Below, piece after piece: positions 49,644-60,806 of a DNA stretch of 64,000 nucleotides. Each line of letters begins with the position of its first letter. The first letter of the stretch is position 1. The stretch is from Podarcis cretensis. Lineage: Eukaryota. Below the pieces are notes generated by a model. It did not search any database. It was not told where the DNA came from and was given only the letters and a program-made list of their open reading frames with translations. The stretch is taken from contig OX638155.1 in the NCBI GenBank assembly GCA_951804945.1, forward strand, positions 29,326,001 through 29,390,000, given 5' to 3'. The position numbers and the translations under genes were made by a program.

Positions 49644-50008
49644 AGGTAAAGGTAAAGGTACCCCTGCCCGTACGGGCCAGTCTTGACAGACTCTGGGGTT
49701 GTGCGCCCATCTCACTTAAGAGGCCAGGGGCCAGCGCTGTCCGGAGACACTTCCGGGTCACGTGGCCAGCGTGACATCGCTGCTCTGGCGAGCCAGAGCC
49801 GCACACGGAAACGCCGTTTACCTTCCCGCTGGTAAGCGGTCCCTATTTATCTACTTGCACCTGGAGGTGCTTTCGAACTGCTAGGTTGGCAGGCGTTGGG
49901 ACCGAGCAGCGGGAGTGCACCCCGCCGCAGGGATTCGAACCGCCGACCTTTCGATCGGCAAGTCCTAGGCGCTGAGGCTTTAACCCACAGCGCCACCTGC
50001 GTCCCGTC
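49644..50008 (-). mobile_element. Sauria SINE, young subfamily, full length
   Basis: 13-bp TSD CTTGTTTAATTAA (49631-49643, 50009-50021). Confidence 0.95.
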
Positions 50009-50242
50009 CTTGTTTAATTAATCACCCATTAAAAACTACACTTGCAGTGTTGTGCTTCACTTGCAGATACATGTCTACTCAAAAGTAGATTTCATTCAGT
50101 TCAATGGGGCTTGCTCCCAGGAAAGTTGGTATAGGATGGAAACCTTAATCATACTGAATCGTTCCTACTAATTTCCTAGGAAATTGCCTTGCACTTCAGA
50201 ACATCTAATCTAGTGCTCCTGAAAGTTGCATACACTAGGACT

Positions 50243-50377
50243 CAGGCATGGCCAAATGTGGCCCTCCAGATGTTTTGGGACTACAATTCCCATCACCCCT
50301 GACCACTGGTCTGTTAGCTAGGGATGATGGGAGTTGTAGTCCAAAAACAGCTGGAGGCCCAAGGTTGGGAAACACTG
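50243..50377. mobile_element. ~135-bp palindromic hAT-like MITE; other copies at ~8200-8290, 43955-44081, 46258-46395, 53400-53535, 62380-62520
   Basis: Internal inverted repeat GGACTACAATTCCCATCA...GATGGGAGTTGTAGTCC shared among copies. Confidence 0.8.
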
Positions 50378-50999
50378 GACTAGAACTCCAAAATAAATGA
50401 ATAAAAGTCAACATTTGCTATATTGAAAACCAAGTATAATGCTATGCTTAATACTCCAAAATTCAATAAAAGCTTGAAATTCTACTGAAGAATCCTCTTT
50501 GTGTTGCCCATCAACTGGGGGGGGGGGGACAACCACCTCAAATATTTTATTGGGGCAGCAAAGCCCCCATGGCCCCTAGAAGTTGGCTCCTATGTCTGAA
50601 GTGCCAAAATATTCCCCATGCCTGGACTATAGTGTTGCACCTTTGATCATTCTCTCTTTCCTTTGATTCAAAAAATTATTATACAGTAGCACTGACTGGG
50701 CACATCACCACATATGTCGATAATCTTCTGCATGGGTCAGGGCAATTCATTTTTATACTACCTTTCCATAATTGCTGTGCAAGAAGTACTTTGCATGTAA
50801 ATTAAAAGTGTGTGTGTGTGTGTGTGTGTGTGTGTACACATGCACATTCAGATATATATGTACACACATATATGTACACACATATCTATTTCCATGGCTT
50901 CAAGGGAGATTTAAGCTTCTTTTTCCAAATATATACCTACCAATATATCATGGGGGACAAAGAGAACAAGTCAAAAATTCTATTGGACTAGTGCAAACT

Positions 51000-51830
51000 C
51001 CATGCAGATGATTATACATTTTTGTTTTTATCACAGACAGATATTAGAAGTTTGCCTTTGCATTGCTTCTAGTGTTATAATCTGGTGTGGAATTCTACAT
51101 CGAATTGTTTGCTTTTGCAGTCTAGATGTGGGTACAGGGATTATAAAATGTTTTGTTGATCGGCTTGAGCAAAATACAAAAACTTGGTTAGTCACCGAAG
51201 GATTTTCCAAAGGAAGAGCAAGTTTTTAATCCTCCGCCCATCCTCACCCCCTTTACACTTTTCATTTGCAGGTAGCTGCATATCTGGTAAGTGTTCCTCA
51301 AGGGTGTTTCAAAGTCTGATTTCCAATTATGTAAATCAAAGTGGCTAGGGCAGCATTATCTAAGATTAATTAAAAAAGAAATCACCTTTTATACAAAGCT
51401 TCGGAGCAACATTTTAAACACATAGCGTTGGATTACTCAACACAGAGGCACCACAGACATTTTCTCCTTTTGACGTGCTGTACTCCTGTTTTAAGTTCTC
51501 GATTTCAACCCACAAGTTACTATTTCGGTAAATGTTTTCAAAAGTATTAGCACTAAGCCAAAATATTCTCACTCTCGTTTTAATCAGTAGTTTTGAAAAT
51601 CTGCCCTCCGGCACTAATAAACTAGAACTGAAATTTAGGAGACGAGAACTGTGCCTGTGTAGTTTAATGGAAAGCTCCTGGTTACATTAATGGGGGGAAA
51701 AACTTTAATCATTTCAGGAAAGTTTCTTAAAAATAACTGTGGTAATTTATTACCCAAGTTTGCATGCCTGCACAGACTGCTGTTTAGATGTAACAGTGGC
51801 TAATCTATTATGTGCAATGGTGACTTTCTG
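51000..51830. promoter_or_regulatory. Putative conserved intronic region around the candidate microexon
   Basis: TE-free and motif-rich; one TGCATG (RBFOX word) at ~51761. Confidence 0.35.
51272..51286 (+). CDS. Candidate 15-nt microexon (GTAGCTGCATATCTG)
   Basis: Branch-like CTCAC at 51243-51247, polypyrimidine tract, TGCAG acceptor, consensus CTG/GTAAGT donor; length is a multiple of 3. Confidence 0.45.
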
Positions 51831-51895
51831 CTTGTCTATTCTCTTCCCCCATCCAATACTGTTCTGAGGGTTATTCTGATCCTGATCTTCTAGAG

Positions 51896-52263
51896 CAGGG
51901 GTGTCCAACAGATCGATCGCGGGCTCCTTTTCCTTTGTTTTTGCCTAAGAGCACCCAGCTCCAGCCCCTCTCCCCTCACTGCATTTTCTCCTGATCTCTG
52001 AATTAGAAGACGGAGTTTTTGCTGTGTGTCAGATTGCTTCCACAGCGATCTTTTGGTGAGCAACTAATCCCTTTCCCCCTTTATTTTTTTGTGAACCCCC
52101 CAAAACTGAAACTTTTCTCCCCGTAGCCCAATAAAACGGGGCACTTCCCCTCTCACAAAAAGCACTGCAACTTTGACCTGAACCCCAATAAAACGGGGGT
52201 AGATTACTTCCAGTTTTTAACTCTGTGAGTAGATCACAGTCTCCTGGAAGTTGGCCACTCCTG
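51896..52263. mobile_element. hAT-Charlie-type MITE
   Basis: TIRs CAGGGGTGTCCAAC / GTTGGCCACTCCTG; TSD TTCTAGAG / TTCTAGAA (NTCTAGAN target). Confidence 0.85.
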
Positions 52264-53007
52264 TTCTAGAATGGACTGGGGGCATGCAGGTCGGGGGGGG
52301 GGAGAAAGCCCTATTTCTGCTAACAGGAGTCCTTGTGCTGGATCCTGCTAGTCATAGGAGCCAATGCCTAGGGGTTGAGGTCCCTTTGTTCCCCCAATAA
52401 AATATTTGAGGTGTCTCCCCCCCCCCCCAGGTAGATGGGCATTGCCATTCAATTGGTGTGTGCCACATCATGTGATCTGTTATGCAGGTTGGAGCTTGCC
52501 TGTTGTCCCCCCAATATTTTATTCAAGTTGGCACCCCTTTCGCTAGTCAAATGGGTTTGTTAAATCTGGCCTGTAGCCCATTCAAAAGGACAACAATGAT
52601 GTTGGGGTAATGTGGAGAAATAGATTCTGACACGTGGAAGTTCTCCAAAAGTACATAGATGCCAATATCTTGGGCTTGTGCTCTTGAAGTTCACATCTAG
52701 CATTCATGGCCAGGTCACTTCACAGGGATTTTCCAAAATCAAATATCCATGTGTGAATTAGACCTACCCAATCCCCAGGAGCGATTGTGTGAATTGGGAA
52801 CAGCAACTTTTTGTCAGTAAAGATGCAGAAAAATACATCTCAGGCTTATCATTAAAACACTGTCAAAGAAAGAAGGGTCCTTCAGAAAACGGACATCTAG
52901 TACCAATATAGTTGGTTTTCTGAATCACCTACTCATTTGACTTTTTCTTCCTCATTGGCCCCCACTAGTAAGGGCCAGGGTAGTTTAAAACTTAGGGATG
53001 TCTGCTA

Positions 53008-53353
53008 AAAGGGACCCCTGACCATTAGGTCCAGTTGTGACCGACTCTGGGGTTGCGGCACTCATCTCGCTTTATTGGCCGAGGAAGCCGGCGTACAGCT
53101 TCTTGGGTCATGTGGCCAGAATGACTAAGCCGCTTCTGGCGAACCAGAGCAGTGCACGGAAACACCATTTACCTTCCTACTGGAGCGCTACCTATTTATC
53201 TACTTGCACTTTGACGTGCTTTCGAACTGCTAGGTTGGCAGGAGCAGGGACTGAGCAATGGGAGCTCACCCCGTCGCGGGGATTCGAACCACTGACCTTC
53301 TGATCGGCAAGTCCTAGGCTCTGTGGTTTAACCCACAGCGCCACCCGCATCCC
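53008..53353 (-). mobile_element. Sauria SINE with 45-bp flanking duplication
   Basis: Flanks 52963-53007 and 53354-53398 match at 41 of 45 positions. Confidence 0.92.
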
Positions 53354-54424
53354 CACTAATAAGGGCCAGGGTAGTTTAAGACTTAGGGTTGCCTGCTACA
53401 CTTCCCCAATTTGGGGATCTCCACATGCTGTTGGCCCATGACTCCCACCATCTCTGACCATTGACTATGGTGTCTTGTGCCCATAGAGGTTGGGAGCCTA
53501 TTGGCATCTCGAGGGCACTGGGTTGGGAAAGTCTGGGTTAGAGTGTCAGATTAGGACTGTTGAGTGAACTTGGGCCAGTGACTACCTCTTGGTCTAATAG
53601 ATTTCAACAGGTTTGTTGAGATGATAAAATGGGTAGTGGTTGTGGTGCCCCAATTCCTTGGAAGACAGGTGAGATATATAATTAGACCACAATGATACAT
53701 ACACATACCTGGGAGCAAGCTCAACTGAGCAGTCAGGAAAAGGACTCCATGTGTGTTTATTTATTCATATCTAAAATATTACACCTCACCTTTTCTCATA
53801 TTGTTCAAACAATATTCTCATATTGATAAGCAAAGAAGTCAGACAGAATTCCTATATACCAAATCCAAACATTTTTAGTGATTCACAAATGACTCCAATA
53901 CACAGAATTGTGCATATAGCTGTCATTTTCCTTTTGCTTGAATGCCTTGCATTGAAGAGTGAAGTGTACATATGCTCTTGCTCTTTGGTTTCAAACACGT
54001 TATTGTTCATTACTAAGGATGGAAGGATAAGTCAGTTTCTGCTCCCTCAGTTTCTCATCTTTTCCATCTTGAACTCAGATCTCCACATTTCTGCAGCAAT
54101 TTCCAATTATCATCATAATCACCATCATCATTTTTTTAAAAAACAAACAAACCAAAAACCAAAATCCTCATGAAAATCCTTTGGCATTTTAGTTCAAATC
54201 ATTCCTAATCAACAAAATGTTGTATATGGCTTCAATAAAAGTGCACATATTTGCAAGCAATTTCACCCCATATCCTGCATTTTTAATGTTATTTCCATTA
54301 ATATATTCATTTTTGGACACTTTCTTCTAATCTGTGCATTTTTATTAACTTTAGTTGGAGAACTGCATCCTGTTTCATTATGTTTTTGTATATGCTGGAA
54401 TCTGCCCAGAGTGGCAGGGTACAA

Positions 54425-54459
<35 letters not shown>

Positions 54460-54529
54460 GAAGTGAGAATTATGAAAGATAGCTATCTTTCAGTTCTCAT
54501 ATTGTGTTGGAAGGTGGGCATTTCATAAG

Positions 54530-54960
54530 TTTAGTTTTAATTGTGAAATGATCTTAATCTCCAATAAATGCCATTCGATTTGTAAGCAGATTCCTATTAT
54601 TGTTATTGTTATTTTACATTTTGTGCAAAAACAATTGGCTTTAATGAGCATTTTGGAAGCCTCATTTGTGCCTCCCTGTTCATCTGTTCCAAGGTTGGCT
54701 ATACAGGTGATTACCCAGTGTAGCACCTGGAGCTCTTCCACATCATCCTAGGTAAAATATGCAAGCTGGAAGTGCTCTGGCAGAATTCTGCCTGGTCCTC
54801 TTCTTTTCGAGACAGGCCCTCAGGCCTTAGCAGCCTTTAATCAGCTGTAACTGGAGTGAAGCTGTCAGCTCTTTGCTTGCACCGTGTCAGCTTTAGTATT
54901 ACTTAGAGCATTCCTGACAATACAGATTTAACAGGCAACCTGTGGGGTGGCAAAGCATCT
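54530..54960. promoter_or_regulatory. Putative CNE
   Basis: Unique, motif-rich (TGTCAG x2, TAAT, ATTGTT). Confidence 0.3.
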
Positions 54961-55887
54961 TTTTCATAGATGAAACTTTCCAGAGCTATAGCATCAACAG
55001 CTATGCCAAGGTTGTCAATGCTTGGCCTGGAAAGATGCTCTGTTGTGTCCAATAGCTGCAAGGCAATGAAAAACTTAAGCAGCAGCTAGGGACGGAAGGA
55101 TCTGTCAATTTTGGTTCTCTCAGCTTCTCATTTCTCCAATTTTAAAGTCAGTTCTCTACATTACCACCACAGCAATTCCCCCTTTTTAAGAAATAAAATA
55201 AAAAATAAAATCCTCATGAAAATTCACCAGCATTTTAGGACAGATTTCTCCCAAAAAGTATAATTTTCAATGCAGTTTTGTCTAATGTACACCTTTTCCA
55301 AGCCATTTCCCTTAATATAATGCATTTTTATTTTTATTTTTTCACTAATATATTCCCATTTTTGCACTCTTTCCCATAATATAGTCATTTTTGGAAACAC
55401 CGTTTGGCTGGAGAACTGCATTACAAAATTCAGATACGTGCATGAAGGCTAGCTATGTTTCAATTTGTGATATGTTTTGGAAAGTGCAAACTGGAACAGA
55501 GGTAAATTCTACTGTATTTTGTTCTATTTTTATTGTAAGCCACCATGAGTTGGTTTTTCCCTATATTCCCTCATGGGCCAGGTGTAAGAATTGGGTAGAG
55601 CAATAGCTGCGACTGTTATCTCTGCCTACATTCCAGCTATGCAAAATTCAGGTGTGTTCCTGCATCCCTCCCTCCATACCCTCCATCCAGGCAAGCAAGA
55701 GACATGTGTTCAAAGATACCTTCTAACCAGGCAAAAGCACTGGAGGAGGATGTGGAACAGGACTGGTTTGGTGTGTATCCTGAGGAGAGGGAAAGATCTG
55801 AGGGCTGTACAGAGATGCCTAGAGGGCCATATTTGGTCTTAGGCATTGAAGTTAGGGTAGCAAAAATGCAGCTTGGAAGCTCAAATC

Positions 55888-55943
<56 letters not shown>

Positions 55944-56559
55944 GAATATATATATGAGAGAATGACATTCTTCTTAAGAAATTAATCCAAAGTCCAGACT
56001 TTAATATTCACAAACTTCTAATTTCCAAACAACTGTATTTTCCTCTCTTTCCTGAGCTCAACACTCAGCCTTCTGTATCTCAATTAGGCCAAACCTTGCA
56101 GCTCCTATGAGAGATTTCCACTTTCATCTTCTCCTTCAGTTTTGCTCTCTTTCTTCCAAGCAGGAGAAGCACTCCGACACTCTATTCCACTTAGCAGTAT
56201 TCACAGTGGATTATAAAACACAGTAATCTTGCATCACATAAAATAGAGCCTCTCCCTCACTAGATACCTCCCATTTGACCATTAGCCAATCACATGAAAA
56301 CTACTAGAGAATTCTCTAGAATTCAGTTACCAACCAATTATATTTAAACACATAATAATGCATACACCCACTTACAATTTCAGTGGATTAAATTACTATT
56401 CTCAACATTAGGGGGAGTCTCCACTCGAACAAAGGCCCTTCCATTCACAGAATGACTTTTTTCACCTTAGAATCCAATCTAACATTGCCATTTGGCGTGC
56501 TGGGTTAGCCTGGGACAAAGACTTCTCTTCGTGGAACACTTTAAAAAAAGAAAAGAAAA

Positions 56560-57560
56560 CACTTTTAGTCAAGTCAGTGTACGGTTGGTGGGTTGTTTAT
56601 AAACCAATTAGCTGTGAAAGATAATTTGTCTCCAAGAGCAAGATTCAAAGCCAGGGGAAACCGACTGACGGAGAAAAATGGCAGAAGGGAGGTTAATATG
56701 TTGACAGACTCAAAGGCAGATATGTCTCGGCCTGTACTCTCAATGAGCATAGTTCACCGAGCAGGCCTTGATCTGTGCCTTCGACAACAACACAATAACA
56801 ACAGTGAAGCAAGGAGAGGGTACAGGGCCCTTTTTGGCAAAAGGTTTTCGTACGCTGCTGTGGGGCTGACCAGATAGAGATTTTCACGCTATTTGAGGCA
56901 AGCGGGCTCCCCGCCTGAGACTTATTGTCATTTGCAACTGCAGCGTTTATGCTGAGCTTTGTCCCTCTTTCAGCTGGTGACAATGGGGCAGGCTCCAGGC
57001 ACCTTGTTTTCCTAGCCCGAGGGAGGAAGTGACAGAAGGCCGGCCTTATTTACCTTCATGGCTTCCCCCATGTAATCTGGTTAATCAGGTGGCTAATCAA
57101 GGACACAGAGCATCCCCTCGCACTAGGCATGTACAATGATGGCTCATTCATAGTCAATACAATGGAGTGCTTAAGTCATTCCATGCCTTGCCAAAGACAT
57201 TTTTCTTCTGCTTTGTTTGGTCACTCGAGAGAGTTCTTTGCCCTCCCCTCTCCACCCCTTTCTTCGTGCAGGCATATGTTCCCGCTCCACCCCATTGCAG
57301 CTGGACGGGTGGGAGGGGGAGCAGCTCTCCAGTTTTGTGTTGTTTTATTAGAAGGCAATGAATCAATTTAGTGGCAGTGTGATGCGGAGGGTTAAAGTAG
57401 TCTCTGCATGTGTGCATACATTAGCGCTCTGCTATTTGAAGTCTTAATAGCAAGGTGACCTCAGAGACAACAGTGCTCGTCCTAACTTTCCTCGGCAATC
57501 TGGCAAGCGTGAAAGAAAACAAGCCAATGTTTCAGGACTCAAAGAGATGCATAAAGCAGA
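56560..57560. promoter_or_regulatory. Putative CNE cluster
   Basis: TE-free, CpG-retaining, with TGACAG, TAATC and ACAAT words. Confidence 0.35.
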
Positions 57561-57564
57561 CTTC

Positions 57565-57603
<39 letters not shown>

Positions 57604-59499
57604 TGTGTGATGCATTGGAGAAACCCTTTAATGTAGAAAATGGATGCTAGTGTCTTAAGGTACATCCAGTTCAGGCATTCTTAGTGACTTTTCACTGATG
57701 TTGCAACAGGATAATTGAAATCTGAACAGGCTTCAGAAACACAGAAAAAAATTACTCCATATATTTTCTACCGTAATATCAAGAAAGGCAGTGAAAGGGA
57801 TTTGTGTGTGCGTGTTGGGGAAGCAGGTGAGGTTTCTAGGCTTCACACAGAATTAAGAGATGTACAGAAGGGAGAATTTCTCAGCAAATGCTGACTCTCA
57901 GTAGCATCGTGCTGCAGGAGAAACTGCTGAAACAGTGTCCCTATGTGAAAGGCTGGTTGAAAGAAGGCAGTGCTTTTGAAACTTTTTACACAATTACACA
58001 ATTTTACACATTCCGATAACAATGGCCCATGTGCAAAAACAGGCTATCATTTACAGGATCCACTCTTGACGAATGTACAGAATCCCTAGAGGAGTCTGCT
58101 ACATGGAGAAGGAAAAGACCAAAAAGAGACACTTAATAGCATAGTATCGGCCATATACTTGTACAACAGTGTGTGCACTGCCTAGTGCTTTTCCCTTGCT
58201 CTGTTGGCTTGCCAACATTACCCCAACAGAAACAACAGCATCAAAGCCAATTTGTATTGAAGACAAGTAACAACTGGGAGCCAGGACTCATTGGAGTAAC
58301 AAGGCAGGAAGTTTCATTTCACCCTGACAGTAGCCACTTCCCGGGAAACAAGACCATCTCCCTCCACATCATCCACCCTCCTTTTCATTAGCACCTTTAC
58401 AACACATTATCCTTCTCCTAATCCTCTGGCCATTTTAGGGATTGGGGGTCATTAGTGCACTTGCAGCGTTGATCTTATTGTGCTGGAGGTGTGAATTGAT
58501 CATCAAAATGACAACTGGTGACAGGCATGCTCTATTGGTTTCCTCCTTTGATTCTTGATTGCACATTAATAGTTTGGAGGGTGTGATGCACTGCTTTTGT
58601 AAAGCCTACACAATTCAATTTGGAACCCCTACAACCCCCCCCCCCCCATTTTGTGTATACTTCCATGAGAGGCCTTACCTTGATGAATTTGTGAAATAAA
58701 ATATAAACCGTGTGAAATAAGGAGCTTGCCAAGACCACTTTACTGGAGTCTAGTGACCCTCTCTCCATTCTTTCACCACACACTTAGGAGGATAGACTTT
58801 TGTATTTGGAAAAAGTGGTGGTAGTGGCCTTGTAGGGTAGCTTGATGAGGAAGTAGGTTTGCCTCAGGCTACCTTATTTTCTGCCTCAGGACAGAATATA
58901 GATTTGAAACAATGATCTCCTGATTCTTAATCCACTTTCATAGCTACTGGAAGTAGTGGGACTCATTTCAATATAGCTAGCATAGAAAACTCAGTCCTGA
59001 TCAACTGTCTTCATCACAAGCAAATGCATTGTGGTGTTTCTTCAGCCGAAAGGGCCATTTACTCTAGGGGTTGTGTGCTGGTGGTTGGTTGAGGCAGGAG
59101 CAAAAGTATGGAGCTCTTACCTTTCCAGCAGGCTATATCTAGTCACAGAAGAGCCAAGGATTGCTACAAACACACCCTTCCTTCCTTCCATCCATCCATC
59201 CACCCATCCAAACGAGCAAGCAAGAGGCATTATTAAGGTTCAAGAATACATTCCAGCCAGACAAAAGCAACCCAGAATGAGCAGAGCAGTCCTGGAGAAG
59301 GCAGCAACATGGCCTGGGGACAGTCTCAAGGGCCACACAGAGGAAAACATTTGGCCCCTGGGGCCTAAAACCATTTGCTTAACCTAGCATCTATTACATG
59401 CATATTGACTGCAACTGATTTTTTTTAAGAAAAACATTCTATTGCAAGCAGCTTTTTTGGTGCAGGGAAATTATTATCAAACCCCACCCAAGAGGAACA

Positions 59500-60115
59500 T
59501 TTCTCACCTTTCCCAACCTGCCGGCTGTTAAAGAAGGTGCATTTCTCACCAGGCAAAGGTGATCAAAGAAAACCACATAATGCTATGGAAATCAATCTTG
59601 ATCAAATGATGATAATTAATCTTCATCATGAGTGACATTCCCACCCTTCCTGTGGTATCATGAGCCCCCAAACTACTCAGGTCACTTGTGTGGGCTCTCT
59701 TTCTTTCTCTCTTATTTCAAATGCTGCCTTTGATGAAGATGACATGGGAATCTCTAATTATTTTAATGGGGCTAATTAGAGAATGATATACATTCATTAT
59801 TATGGAGAATGCCCAGAATAGATTGCCTCTCAAAGCTGCATGGCTTGCTACTTTTAGTGTGTAGCGTCTTTCCCAAAGTAAATGAGATTTTTTTCCTCTG
59901 GTCCACAAGGAAACTGTACTGTAGTTGAAAGATTTTGTGGCTAAATTGGAATCACCCTTTCAGCAAAAAGTAGTCAATGACACTTTTGAATTACTTGGTG
60001 TCCTCCTGATTCATACAGTGTATCTCATAACAAGAATTGTATTTAGTAATTATATAATTAGAGCTGCATTGAATGGTCTTCAATTTCAATATCTGCCTCA
60101 AAATCAGCACATTTG
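59500..60115. promoter_or_regulatory. Putative CNE
   Basis: GATCAAAG (TCF-like) and several TAATTA words in unique sequence. Confidence 0.3.
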
Positions 60116-60324
60116 AACCATGCAGAAAAATATCTACCCTACATTGTGTGTTTTTATATTTTTATTGTCCATTTATTCCTCTTGCTGCTTCTTGACATAC
60201 TTTCCCTACCTTTTTGAGGTGGGTGTAGGGGCTCACATTTTTCACCCCACCATACAGATGTGGAACTGTATTGCAAAATTTGGAGAACTATGACTCTTGA
60301 AGGACAACTGAGTTTAGGTTTCCG

Positions 60325-60806
60325 TGCAGAGACATCACCTTGCCAACAAAGGTCCGTATAGTAAAAGCTATGGTTTTTCCAGTAGTAATGTATGGAAGTG
60401 AGAGCTGGACCATAAGGAAGGCTGATTGCCGAAGAATTGATGCTTTTGGATTATGGTGTTGGAGGAGACTCTTGAGAGTCCCATGGACTGCAAGAGGATC
60501 AAACCTATCCATTCTTAAGGAAATCAGCCCTGAGTGCTCACTGGAAGGACAGATTGTGAAGCTGAGGCTCCAATACTTTGGCCACCTCATGAGAAGAGAA
60601 GACTCCCTGGAAAAGACCCTGATTTTGGGAAAGATGGAGGGCACGAGAAGGGGACGACAGAGGACGAGATGGTTGGACAGTGTTCTCGAAGCTACCAGCA
60701 TGAGTTTGACCAAACTGTGGGAGGCAGTGGAAGACAGGAGTGCCTGGCATGCTCTGGTCCATGGGGTCACAAAGAGTCGGACACGACTAAACGACTAAAC
60801 AACAAT
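60325..60806 (+). mobile_element. BovB (RTE) LINE 3' fragment
   Basis: PTKVRIVKAMVFPVVMYGSESWTI...WCWRRLLRVPWTAR...YFGHLMRR...HGVTKSRTRLND; (AAC)n tail. Confidence 0.95.

Noticed and set aside
60288-60770. 160-aa minus-strand ORF
   Set aside because: Antisense shadow of BovB coding sequence
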